Counted from the first letter of the stretch, positions 48,534-57,233 are shown. The stretch is DNA of 64,000 bases from Candidatus Poribacteria bacterium (GCA_963665845.2 OY762492.1:1920001-1984000); one strand, 5' to 3'. Program-made: numbers and translations. The notes: generated by a model from the letters alone, not told the origin.

Positions 48534-49403
48534 ATGAGCGGATCGAACGTCCATATTGAGAACGAGGATTGCCGCGTCGGGATGAAGCGTCTTGCCGACA
48601 ATTCCGTCTCGCTCATTTTGACCGACCCGCCCTATTTCCTAGACGGCATGGGCGCGGACTGGGACGCGGCAAAGTTGAAGCGGCGCGTCAAAAAAGGGGT
48701 CGTCGGCTCCTTGCCGGCGGGTATGAAGTTTTCGGCGCGGCAGGGGCTTGACCTGCAGCGTTTCTTGACGCCGGTCGCCCGCGAGTGGATGCGCGTCATT
48801 CGCCCGGGCGGCTTCTGCCTCGTGTTTAGCCAGAACCGCTTGGCGCATCGGGCGGCGGTGGCGCTGGAGGAGGCTGGTTTTGAAATACGCGACATGCTGC
48901 TCTGGCGGTATGAGGGGCAGGCGAAGGCGTTTTCACAGGAGCATTGGGTGCGGAAGCGGAAACTGCCGGACGCCGAAAAGAAGCGGCTGATACGCAAACT
49001 GGGCGGACGCAAAACGGCGCAGCTGAAACCGCAGGGAGAGATGATCGTTCTAGGGCAGGCGCCGGTTGAGGGGACGCTGGTCGACAACTGGGACCGCTGG
49101 GAGACGGGCTTGATCGATGTCAGCTCGCCGCTCATCCATCCCGATCAGTTTCCAGGAACGGTCATACAGGTCGACAAGCCGAAGGAGCGGCATGGGCATA
49201 TGACGCCGAAGCCTGTCGCGCTGCTTCAACATCTCATACGCATCTTTTCGGCGCCGGGGTCGCTGGTACTGGACGCATTCGCTGGGTCGGGTTCTACGGG
49301 TGTGGCGGCGAAGCGGGAAGGGCGCGCGTTTATTGGTTATGAGATCGAGGCGGAAACGGCCGCGGGCGCGCAGGCGCGAATCAGGAGTACATTAAATGCA
49401 TGA
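48534..49403 (+). CDS. Site-specific DNA methyltransferase (N6/N4, beta-type motif order)
   Basis: TDPPY precedes HMTPKP and LDAFAGSGST. Start at MSGSNV. Confidence 0.9.
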   Translation: MSGSNVHIENEDCRVGMKRLADNSVSLILTDPPYFLDGMGADWDAAKLKRRVKKGVVGSLPAGMKFSARQGLDLQRFLTPVAREWMRVIRPGGFCLVFSQNRLAHRAAVALEEAGFEIRDMLLWRYEGQAKAFSQEHWVRKRKLPDAEKKRLIRKLGGRKTAQLKPQGEMIVLGQAPVEGTLVDNWDRWETGLIDVSSPLIHPDQFPGTVIQVDKPKERHGHMTPKPVALLQHLIRIFSAPGSLVLDAFAGSGSTGVAAKREGRAFIGYEIEAETAAGAQARIRSTLNA

Positions 49404-50265
49404 GTTTCATTCCGACCTGTATGAACAGCTGCGCACAAAGCGCAACGAATTGGCAAGGGAGAAGAGAGTCCGTCCATATTTTATCCTTGCAAACAGGTCT
49501 TTGGAGGAAATGGCAACCGATTTGCCGCAAACTCAAGAAGAATTTGCAAATATCTGGGGGATTGGTCCCATTACAATCCAATATGCCGGTGTTTTTTTAC
49601 CGATCATCCGTCAATACTGCAAAGAGCATGCGCTGCGCGCTGATGCTCCGATTGAGTTTCAGTACGCGCTTTTTGAGCTGCTTCGACTGAGGCGCATAGA
49701 AGTCGCCAGACGAGACAATACAAACGATCTGCAAGTCTTTCGGGACAGAACGCTGGAAGATTTAGCGACTCATCTGCCGAAGACCAGAGAAGAATTTAGG
49801 CAAATTTGGGGCGTTGATGAAGGGCGGACAGCGCGGTACGCCGACGACTTCCTTCCGATCATCCGTCAATACTGCGGGGAAACGAACGAGCCGCCTCTTC
49901 AGCAGGTCGCCGAATCGTCCGTCGCATTCGATCAAAATCCTACGGCTATTATCTCTGTCGAGGAGGAACAGTACGCAGACCCAAACGAATACGCCCCTAG
50001 GCTGTACGAACTGCTAAGGGATGAACGCGATCGGATTCCCGAGAGGGTCAATGCGTTTCAGGACAGAACATTGAAGCAGATGGCAGCTTATCTCCCGCAA
50101 ACAGAAAGCGAATTTTTAAATATCGATAGGATCGGATCCTTGTTAACGGAAAGGTACGCAGACAGGTTTTTGCCGATCATACGCGATTTTTGCAGAGAAA
50201 ACGGCATTTCATACGACCGCATCGAACCCCGCCAGCGAGAATTGCTAGACTGGCTCCGGAGATAA
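49396..50265 (+). CDS. Stand-alone protein with three HRDC domains
   Basis: Three repeats of LYE.LR..R...R.L..MA..LP.T..EF..I.G......Y...FLPIIR.YC. Confidence 0.85.
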   Translation: MHEFHSDLYEQLRTKRNELAREKRVRPYFILANRSLEEMATDLPQTQEEFANIWGIGPITIQYAGVFLPIIRQYCKEHALRADAPIEFQYALFELLRLRRIEVARRDNTNDLQVFRDRTLEDLATHLPKTREEFRQIWGVDEGRTARYADDFLPIIRQYCGETNEPPLQQVAESSVAFDQNPTAIISVEEEQYADPNEYAPRLYELLRDERDRIPERVNAFQDRTLKQMAAYLPQTESEFLNIDRIGSLLTERYADRFLPIIRDFCRENGISYDRIEPRQRELLDWLRR

Positions 50266-50320
50266 ACGCATGCCCCGCCGCAGGCGCGCAGGCGCGAATA
50301 GAGGGCGCGACGCTGGCAGA

Positions 50321-50461
50321 TAGTACGCTCATGCGATGTGATTCATTTTGCGTGACGGCCCGCCGATCCAGACCGTCATTCCCGCGTAAGCGGGAATCTA
50401 GAGGCGCCGCAGAAACCGTCCGCGCCCGCCCGCTGTCATGCCCAACTAACGACGTAAGGTC
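50321..50461 (+). mobile_element. Chimeric element: family B left end joined to family A right half
   Basis: TAGTACGCTCATGCGATG (compare 57554), then the ATTCCC-N8-GGGAAT core, then CCCAACTAACGACGTAAGGTC. Confidence 0.75.
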
Positions 50462-50473
50462 AGAGGTCAAACG

Positions 50474-50506
50474 TTGTTTGAAATTTTTGACGGTCTATAC
50501 TATAGT
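50474..50506 (+). promoter_or_regulatory. sigma70-type promoter(s)
   Basis: TTGAAA-N17-TATAGT (50478-50506), overlapping TTGTTT-N16-TATACT (50474-50501). Confidence 0.6.
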
Positions 50507-50549
50507 TGTTTTAACTAAAAAAATGGGCATACATGCAACGGAGAGCAAC

Positions 50550-51368
50550 ATGCGCAAAATCGTCTACAGCGTCTGCGCCGCGCTCATGCTCGCGGCAACA
50601 TGCGCCGAGCAAAAAGCGCAGGCGAACGCTGGACAGATGGCTGTCTTTTACGACAATGTGGGATGGATCGCCGCCGGCAAAGCGAAAGAGGTCGGAGACG
50701 CGATCATCGCAGGCGTCAAATCGTTCCAAAACCCGAAAGCGTACGACCTGGACGGCGTCGCCGAATGGGTTGAACAAAACACAGGGGACGGCGACGTCGA
50801 TTGCCTCGTGATGTTCGGGTACACGCCCCAGACCATCTACACGCCTGGGAATGCCGATCCGGACGGATCCCTGGTCGAAGAGTTTATCGACGACGGCAAC
50901 TTCGTCATGAACACCGCCGACTACATCTTCTATGTTACGCAAGGCGGAGGGGCGAACGCGGTGCAAGGACTTCAGAACATCACCGACTCCACCTTCGACA
51001 TGTGGACGGACGGCAACGCCATCAAGCCGACCGCCGACGGAGAAAAATACACCCCCAGCCTCGGCAACTTCACCTCCAACAGGTCCTTCAAACCAGGTCA
51101 AATCGAGGCGGACGACAATTGGGAAATCGAGGTTGCTTTCGGGTCGGGACCGCTGGGGATTGACCCCGCTATCATCCGCCACACAGAAACCGGCGGGCGC
51201 GTCGGCATCTGGATGCAGGTCGTCAACGACGGCTTGAACCGCGCCGACGTCGCGCTTGACATCTTCAACAACTGGGTTCCCGAAACGATAGAGCCGCAGT
51301 CGGTCGATCCGATCGGCAAATCGGCTGCGTTGTGGGGCAACCTGAAGCGCCAGCGCGCCGCAAGATAA
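50550..51368 (+). CDS. Secreted acidic hypothetical protein with VDPIGK..WG tail (paralog 1)
   Basis: Signal peptide MRKIVYSV, TGDGDVD, NTADYIFYV, C-terminal SVDPIGKSAALWGNLK. Confidence 0.85.
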   Translation: MRKIVYSVCAALMLAATCAEQKAQANAGQMAVFYDNVGWIAAGKAKEVGDAIIAGVKSFQNPKAYDLDGVAEWVEQNTGDGDVDCLVMFGYTPQTIYTPGNADPDGSLVEEFIDDGNFVMNTADYIFYVTQGGGANAVQGLQNITDSTFDMWTDGNAIKPTADGEKYTPSLGNFTSNRSFKPGQIEADDNWEIEVAFGSGPLGIDPAIIRHTETGGRVGIWMQVVNDGLNRADVALDIFNNWVPETIEPQSVDPIGKSAALWGNLKRQRAAR

Positions 51369-51399
51369 AACGCGCGCAACAACTAAGGAGAAAGCGCCA

Positions 51400-52197
51400 A
51401 TGCGCAATGCAATGAACGCTGTCATCGCAGCAATGATTCTCGTGTGCGGAACGGCCGCCGCCCAGTCGCTTGGGCAGATCGCCGTCTTCCACGAAAAGGT
51501 GGGCTGGATCGGCCAAGCCGCCGCTGACGACGCCGCCAATGAAATCCTCAGCAACACAACCTCGACCGACATCATGGCGGTCAATCTGGACGAATCCGCC
51601 AGCTTCCTTGCCGACAGCACCGGCGACGGAGATGTCGATGTCTTCTTCACCTTCGGCTACCTGCCCGAAACCGTCTATGCGCCCGGCAACGCCGAGCCGG
51701 ACGACTCCATCATCGAAAAGTACATCGAGGACGGAAACCTGTACCTCAACACCGCCGACTACATCTTCTATGTGACCCTCGGCGGAGGAGCGAACGCGGT
51801 GGGCGGTCTCCAGAGCGTCACCGACTCCACCTTCGATATGTGGACGGACGGCAACGCTGTCTCTCCGACCGCCGACGGCAGCAAATATCTGCCCAGCTTG
51901 GAAGGTTTCCAGTCGAACCGCTCCTTCAAAAAGGCGCAGGTTGAAGGGGACGAGAACTGGGATTACGCTGTCGTCTTTGCGGAGGGACCGCTCGGCGAAG
52001 ATCCGGCGATCATCCAGCATGCGGACTACAAGGGCTTGGTCGGCATCGTCATGCAGGTCTCCAACGACAACCTGCCGCGCGGGGCGGTCGTCACGGAGCT
52101 GTTCAACAACTGGCTCCCGGACGCTTTCCCGACCACGTCGGTCGATCCGATCGGCAAAGCCGCTTCTCTTTGGGGCGGTTTGAAATCGGCGGAGTGA
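51400..52197 (+). CDS. Secreted acidic hypothetical protein with VDPIGK..WG tail (paralog 2)
   Basis: Colinear paralog of the upstream gene. TAAGGAG RBS; C-terminal SVDPIGKAASLWGGLK. Confidence 0.88.
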   Translation: MRNAMNAVIAAMILVCGTAAAQSLGQIAVFHEKVGWIGQAAADDAANEILSNTTSTDIMAVNLDESASFLADSTGDGDVDVFFTFGYLPETVYAPGNAEPDDSIIEKYIEDGNLYLNTADYIFYVTLGGGANAVGGLQSVTDSTFDMWTDGNAVSPTADGSKYLPSLEGFQSNRSFKKAQVEGDENWDYAVVFAEGPLGEDPAIIQHADYKGLVGIVMQVSNDNLPRGAVVTELFNNWLPDAFPTTSVDPIGKAASLWGGLKSAE

Positions 52198-52233
52198 TTC
52201 GTTGAACGCTGGAACAGGCCGCGCGGGGGATGC

Positions 52234-52608
52234 TCAACAGCACCCTTTGCGCGGTCTGATTCTTGCGATGACGCGGTAGGCCGCTTCGGCGAGCGGCGCC
52301 AAGACGGGCAGCTGAAGCAGCTGTCCAAGCCATCGCCGCCTCGGCAGCCGAGATAAGATGCGCCCCGCCGCCGCCGCGCCGCGGTATGTTTTTCCAAACT
52401 CCACCGCATGAATCGCGCGTCGCGCCTCTTCAGCCGACAGGGAGAGCCGCGCCAACGCCGCCTCGTCCTGAAGCGGTATGAAATGGACGGCGCCGTCTAT
52501 ATCCAAAGCTGACCAGCGCGCCGCCGCGCGTCGACACCATCCGCATTCGGCGTCGTACACTGCGACTAGGCGGCTCGCCGTTTTTGCTTTTTCAGCCTGT
52601 CTTTCCAT
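52234..52608 (-). CDS. DCC1/DUF393 family thiol-disulfide oxidoreductase
   Basis: VYDAECGWC (DxxCxxC), F.PLQ, AAYRVIARIR. Start at MERQAEK. Confidence 0.85.
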   Translation of the reverse strand: MERQAEKAKTASRLVAVYDAECGWCRRAAARWSALDIDGAVHFIPLQDEAALARLSLSAEEARRAIHAVEFGKTYRGAAAAGRILSRLPRRRWLGQLLQLPVLAPLAEAAYRVIARIRPRKGCC

Positions 52609-53157
52609 ATGTCTTTCTGGCGAACGCGGACGGTTTCTGCCGGGACTCTGGATTCCCGCTTGCGCGGGAATGACGAAGAGCGGCGCGCCGCCGCGCGTCG
52701 GCGCCATCCGCATTCGGCGTCGTACACTGCGACTAGGCGGTTTGCCGTTTTTGCTTTTTCAGCCTGTCTTTCCATATGTCTTTCTGGCGAACGCGGAAGG
52801 TTTCTGCCGGGACTCTGGATTCCCGCTTGCGCGGGAATGACGAAGAGGGGCGCGCCGCCGCGCGTCGACACCATCCGCATTCGGCGTCGTACACTGCGAC
52901 TAGGCGGCTTGCCATTTTTGTTTTTCAGTCTGTCTTTCCATACGCCGCGCTGTCAATACCTAAAGTCTGACCTTCTGTCTTTAGTTGGGACATTCCGCCT
53001 AGTGAACGCGGACGGTTTCTGCGACGCCTCTGGATTCCCGCTTGCGCGGGAATGACGAAGAGCGGCGCGCCGCCGCGCGTCGGCGCCATCCGCATTCGGC
53101 GTCGTACACCGCGGCTAAGCGGCGTGGCGCTTGTGTTTCGCCTGCCTGTCTTTCCAT
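52516..53157 (-). repeat. Array of four copies of the DCC1 gene 5' end separated by palindrome-containing element arms
   Basis: Units start at 52516, 52683, 52850 and 53065 (periods 167, 167, 215). The array includes a family A right half at 52969-53056. Confidence 0.92.
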
Positions 53158-55559
53158 AATGCCGCGTAGGTCAGGATGTTCTCCACCAGCGGAACGCTCC
53201 ACTCAAAATCTGCGGGGCGGCTCGGTCCGAAGCCGAACACGACATACAGCCCGCGTCCATATGGGAGGGTCAACGCGACCGCCGCCTTCTCGCCCTCATA
53301 GGGTCCCTCCGTGTCGACGGATGCAATCTGCGTGAATCGGTCGCTCCATACCGACCAGCCGACCTTCGCCGGCGTCTCTTCCAGCTCCAGTTCGTTCGGC
53401 TCCAGGAAGATGCGCGACACCTTTGCCGCGGCGATGGCGGAGATCGTCTCAAACTTGATGAGGCTCCCCCCTGGCTCATGAATCCGCGGACCGCGCGTCA
53501 GTTCGACGTTGGACGCGATGCGGTCTTCCGTTTCCACCAGCGGATCGGGTATCCATCCGAGTCGACCGCCCCGCCGCACTTTTGTGTTCGGCGGAAATGC
53601 GATGATGATTCCGCCCTGGGCGGCGAATCGGCGGATGCGCTCCTCGCTTTGCCGGTTGAATCCGCGCAGGTTTTGCAGATTGGCGCCCATGCCGAGATAC
53701 AGGATGTCCATCTTATCCAGACACGGCAGCGCCGGGTTCGGTTCTCGGCGGAAAAGCATGCGGTGACCCGCCGCCGAGTGGATCGCGTTCAGGGCGCTGA
53801 TCTCCTCGTCATGCCGCGCTTGCGTCAAAACGCCGATGCGCATCGGCAGTTTGTGCGGGGGCGCGGTGATTTTCAAATCGCGCCGCCGCCGCGCAATCGG
53901 GAACTGCAAAGCCCAGCTTTCGGGCGACGCGAGCTGCTTCTCGCTCGAAATCAGCTGCATCAGCGCCACCTGCGCCGCCGCCTTCTTCGCCCTGCCGGTC
54001 AACGCGCCGAGGCGGCCCGAAAACGACCAGCGCAGAGGGCGCGACTTCCGCTCAAACCGATCAAACGAACGCTCGTTGTCCCACCGCTTCGAGTAATGTC
54101 CGCGCACCTCCGGAATGTTGACAAGGTCTTTGCTGAGGTTCGTCACATATCCGCTGTTGAGATGCAGCCCGCGGATGCGGTTGCCTTTCTCGTCGGTGAT
54201 CTCAAGGCGCGAGGAGGTGCGCCACAGCGCCTCCGCCAGAGAGTCGAGCTGAACATCCTGCGCGTCCACCTTCTCGGCGCGGTATTTGATCGCGTTGTTT
54301 TGGTATTTGACGACGCAATCCGCCATGCGGCTGGTGTGGAACCGCAGCTTCACATGTCCGTAATCGTTCAGGCCGAGGTCGAAGCCGGGACCGATGATTT
54401 CCTTGAATGTGCTTTGCGCCACCTTGCGCCGTTCGTGATGCATCTTTTTCCACTTGATTTTGCCGTACGGCTCAATCCGTATGTTGATCTTCTCGTGGTT
54501 GTGCTTATGATCCTTGTTGTAAGATTTATTTCCGACATGCTGGTTGGCGATCTTGCGGCCGCCATGCATTTCTAAGAGTGTGAGCTGAAGCGGGAACTGC
54601 GCGCGGCTCTCGATCTCGATCTCGTTGTCATGGCGCGTCGCGCGCACAAGTCGGTCGTATCCGCCGCCGCCGACCCACTTGCCCTGCTGTTTTCCCCACT
54701 CAATGTTCAGCTCAAAACTTTCATCCAGCTTCACATCCAGCAGCTGGTAGTAGCCGCCCAAGGTGTAGTCGGCAAGGATGCATTCTCGGTTGCCGCCCAA
54801 GACATTCGCCAACACTTTCGTTCCGAGAAGCCGGTCGATGAGCATACGGTAGGAGGTGCCGCCTTCAGTGTCGTCCAGCTTGTATCCTCCCTCTCGGGTG
54901 ATGCCGGTAACATCTTCGACCTGCCTTTCAGCCATCTCTTGAATCTGCGCCCCGCCTATATATTTTTCAGTGTGCCCCCGCAATCGAGTGAGATGGGTTC
55001 CGATCGCTTGGTCCCATATCACCTTCACTTGATCGCCCAGCAGCCGGAAGAACGACAGGAGCTGTTTTCGAAAACGGTTGAAGATGGTCGGGTGGATGGA
55101 GCGTTGAATATACCCTTTCCGCTCATCCATGTCCGCCTGCGTCATTTCGTCATGGTAACGGACGAGCGCCTGGAACTTGTCGTGAAATTCTTTATGGCTG
55201 AAGAGCCGTCCGCTGTCTTTGCCCTGAACGTCGGTCTTCTCCGAGGCGATCTCCACATCTTTCAGAATCATTTTAAAGATGCCCGATTCCCGCCCGTCTT
55301 TATGCCTCAACTGCAGATACTTGCCGAGGTGCCGTTTCAAAATCTTGTCTCGGCGCACCGCCGAATGAATCGTCTTGATGACGGTGATGACGATGCTGAC
55401 AATGACCGTCGCCCAGAGCGGATTTTTTGCGCCGACTTCAAAAATTTTGAAAAAGCCGGAATCGGTCGCCGCGGGCGCGCTGTCCTGCGCAAACGCCGCG
55501 AACGCCAGCGAGCCAAACAACGCGAACGCCGAAATCCAATAAACCCGTTTCATCACCAC
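53115..55559 (-). CDS. Large hypothetical membrane-associated protein (814 aa)
   Basis: Signal peptide, one TM segment, and a C-terminal region reminiscent of a class I glutamine amidotransferase-like fold. Host-like codon usage. Confidence 0.75.
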   Translation of the reverse strand: MVMKRVYWISAFALFGSLAFAAFAQDSAPAATDSGFFKIFEVGAKNPLWATVIVSIVITVIKTIHSAVRRDKILKRHLGKYLQLRHKDGRESGIFKMILKDVEIASEKTDVQGKDSGRLFSHKEFHDKFQALVRYHDEMTQADMDERKGYIQRSIHPTIFNRFRKQLLSFFRLLGDQVKVIWDQAIGTHLTRLRGHTEKYIGGAQIQEMAERQVEDVTGITREGGYKLDDTEGGTSYRMLIDRLLGTKVLANVLGGNRECILADYTLGGYYQLLDVKLDESFELNIEWGKQQGKWVGGGGYDRLVRATRHDNEIEIESRAQFPLQLTLLEMHGGRKIANQHVGNKSYNKDHKHNHEKINIRIEPYGKIKWKKMHHERRKVAQSTFKEIIGPGFDLGLNDYGHVKLRFHTSRMADCVVKYQNNAIKYRAEKVDAQDVQLDSLAEALWRTSSRLEITDEKGNRIRGLHLNSGYVTNLSKDLVNIPEVRGHYSKRWDNERSFDRFERKSRPLRWSFSGRLGALTGRAKKAAAQVALMQLISSEKQLASPESWALQFPIARRRRDLKITAPPHKLPMRIGVLTQARHDEEISALNAIHSAAGHRMLFRREPNPALPCLDKMDILYLGMGANLQNLRGFNRQSEERIRRFAAQGGIIIAFPPNTKVRRGGRLGWIPDPLVETEDRIASNVELTRGPRIHEPGGSLIKFETISAIAAAKVSRIFLEPNELELEETPAKVGWSVWSDRFTQIASVDTEGPYEGEKAAVALTLPYGRGLYVVFGFGPSRPADFEWSVPLVENILTYAALWKDRQAKHKRHAA

Positions 55560-56284
55560 TCCTCGTCAAACTCTCCGCCGCATTTTCGGCATGCAAGGTA
55601 AAACTGCACATCGTCCCGAAGCGCGTACTGCTTCATCAGCTCCACCGCCTGATGCGGCAGATCCGCCATGCACTTCGCGCACCGGTAAAGCGAGCCTTCC
55701 ATCGCCGGCGCCTCGTTCATGTTGCCGAGCGTCTCTTTCCATCGGCGGTACTCCCAAGGGACCTCATGCCCCACCTCCTGCGAGATCTTCTCCGCCCAAT
55801 TGATATACCGCTGGCATTCCTGCAGCTCTTTCTCTTCATACGGCGGCTCCTCAAACGACTGGATATGCTTCTCCAGCGCCGCCTCCTCAACCGACACATC
55901 CATAAAGCAGTCCTGAAGCCCCCGCTTCCACAGGTCCAGCAACAGCGACATGACCCGCAGCGTTCCGTCCGGGTTATGCCGCGCGACCAGTACCGAGCCG
56001 CAGCCGCTTTCAGGGATGTAGCGGAAGTAGCACTTGTGGAGCGGGTAGGTCTTGCCGGGCAGGGAGCGGTTGCGCGTCAACATCGGCGCAAAATACGGGC
56101 AGCGCGCGTCGCAGCCTTCTACGACGCCGCGGCTCTCCCGGCAGGTGGTCGCCGAGATGAGACCCTCGTAGGCGGGGCAGTTGCGCTTGGCGTCCGCCAT
56201 CCCGGTGACCTTGTCCCGCCCGCGAAAGCCTTTGCGTATCCGCTTTGACCGTTCCGACAACGGCCTCGGCCACTTGTCATACAT
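55553..56284 (-). CDS. Cys-rich hypothetical protein
   Basis: CPA...C..R....C...CPY, LLDLWKRGLQDC, CAKC...CRKC. Start at MYDKW is uncertain. Confidence 0.7.
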   Translation of the reverse strand: MYDKWPRPLSERSKRIRKGFRGRDKVTGMADAKRNCPAYEGLISATTCRESRGVVEGCDARCPYFAPMLTRNRSLPGKTYPLHKCYFRYIPESGCGSVLVARHNPDGTLRVMSLLLDLWKRGLQDCFMDVSVEEAALEKHIQSFEEPPYEEKELQECQRYINWAEKISQEVGHEVPWEYRRWKETLGNMNEAPAMEGSLYRCAKCMADLPHQAVELMKQYALRDDVQFYLACRKCGGEFDEEW

Positions 56285-56288
56285 CGTC

Positions 56289-57233
56289 TTAGCCCTGATA
56301 GTCGCGCCAGGCGCGTTCAATTCCGCTTTGCCAGCTCAAATTCTGAACGGGGCGCAGGATGTCCAAAACCCCGTTCAGTATCTCTTCGTCTATCGGCGCG
56401 TTCAGCGCCTCTATGTTCGATTCCAGATGCCGCCGCCGCGCCGTGCCTGTCATCGTGGTGTCGGCGGCTGGACACTGGAACGCGAATTGCATTGCTAGAA
56501 ACGCGAGATTGGCTCCCCGTTCGGCGCACCATTCCGCCGCTTCGTTCGCCTTCGCTTTCAACGCATCCGGAGCCGGGTGCCACTCCTGCGGTCCGCCATG
56601 CGTCAACAGACCCATCGAGAGCGGGCTGGCGTTGATGACGCCGAGTCCGTCCGCGCGCCACCGCTCCGCATACGGTATCATCGCCGTGTCGTTCAAGCAG
56701 TAGCGGCAGTAGGACAAGATCGCGTCCAGATGCGGAAACTGCTCATGCGCCGTCTGCAGAACATGCAGCGGCAAGCCCGACGCGCCGATAAAGCGGGTTT
56801 TGCCCTCCTCTTTGAGCGCTTGAAGCGTCGGCAGCCCCTCGTTTAAGACGACCGCCGGGTCGGCAAACTCGATGTCATGCGCGATGAGCAGGTCGACATG
56901 GTCGGTCTGCAGTCGGCGCAGGCTGTTGTCGACCTCGGCGCGCAGCCGTTTCTCGGTGAAATCGAACGCGTCAAAGTCGAACCTTCCCGTTTTGGTGGAG
57001 AGGAACACCTTGCGGCGTTTGCCGTTGAGCGCTTTTCCCAGCGCTTCTTCGGAGCGCGTTCGTCCGTAGTAGGGGGAGGTGTCGAAGTAGTTGACGCCCA
57101 GTTCGATGGCGCGGTCGACCGTTTCGTTCACCTCGCGCTGTGTACGTTCGCCGTATTCTCCGCCCATGGCGGCGGCTCCGGCGCTCATCGCCGAGACCTG
57201 AAAGCCGGTGCGTCCGAGGGGGCGCGTTTCCAT
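56289..57233 (-). CDS. Aldo/keto reductase (L-galactose dehydrogenase-like)
   Basis: METRPLGRTG, FDTSPYYG, STKTGR, SLRRLQTD.VD...HD, NASPLSMGLLT. Confidence 0.9.
   Translation of the reverse strand: METRPLGRTGFQVSAMSAGAAAMGGEYGERTQREVNETVDRAIELGVNYFDTSPYYGRTRSEEALGKALNGKRRKVFLSTKTGRFDFDAFDFTEKRLRAEVDNSLRRLQTDHVDLLIAHDIEFADPAVVLNEGLPTLQALKEEGKTRFIGASGLPLHVLQTAHEQFPHLDAILSYCRYCLNDTAMIPYAERWRADGLGVINASPLSMGLLTHGGPQEWHPAPDALKAKANEAAEWCAERGANLAFLAMQFAFQCPAADTTMTGTARRRHLESNIEALNAPIDEEILNGVLDILRPVQNLSWQSGIERAWRDYQG

Noticed and set aside
50190-50549. N-terminal extension of the 392-aa ORF
   Set aside because: It runs through an element and a promoter; the signal peptide starts at 50550. Similar over-extended starts were trimmed for murQ, purU, livH, the methylase and the aldo/keto reductase.
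50550-52197. Diversity-generating retroelement template/variable repeat pair
   Set aside because: Both copies are full genes, the differences look largely synonymous and not adenine-specific, and there is no reverse transcriptase in the window.
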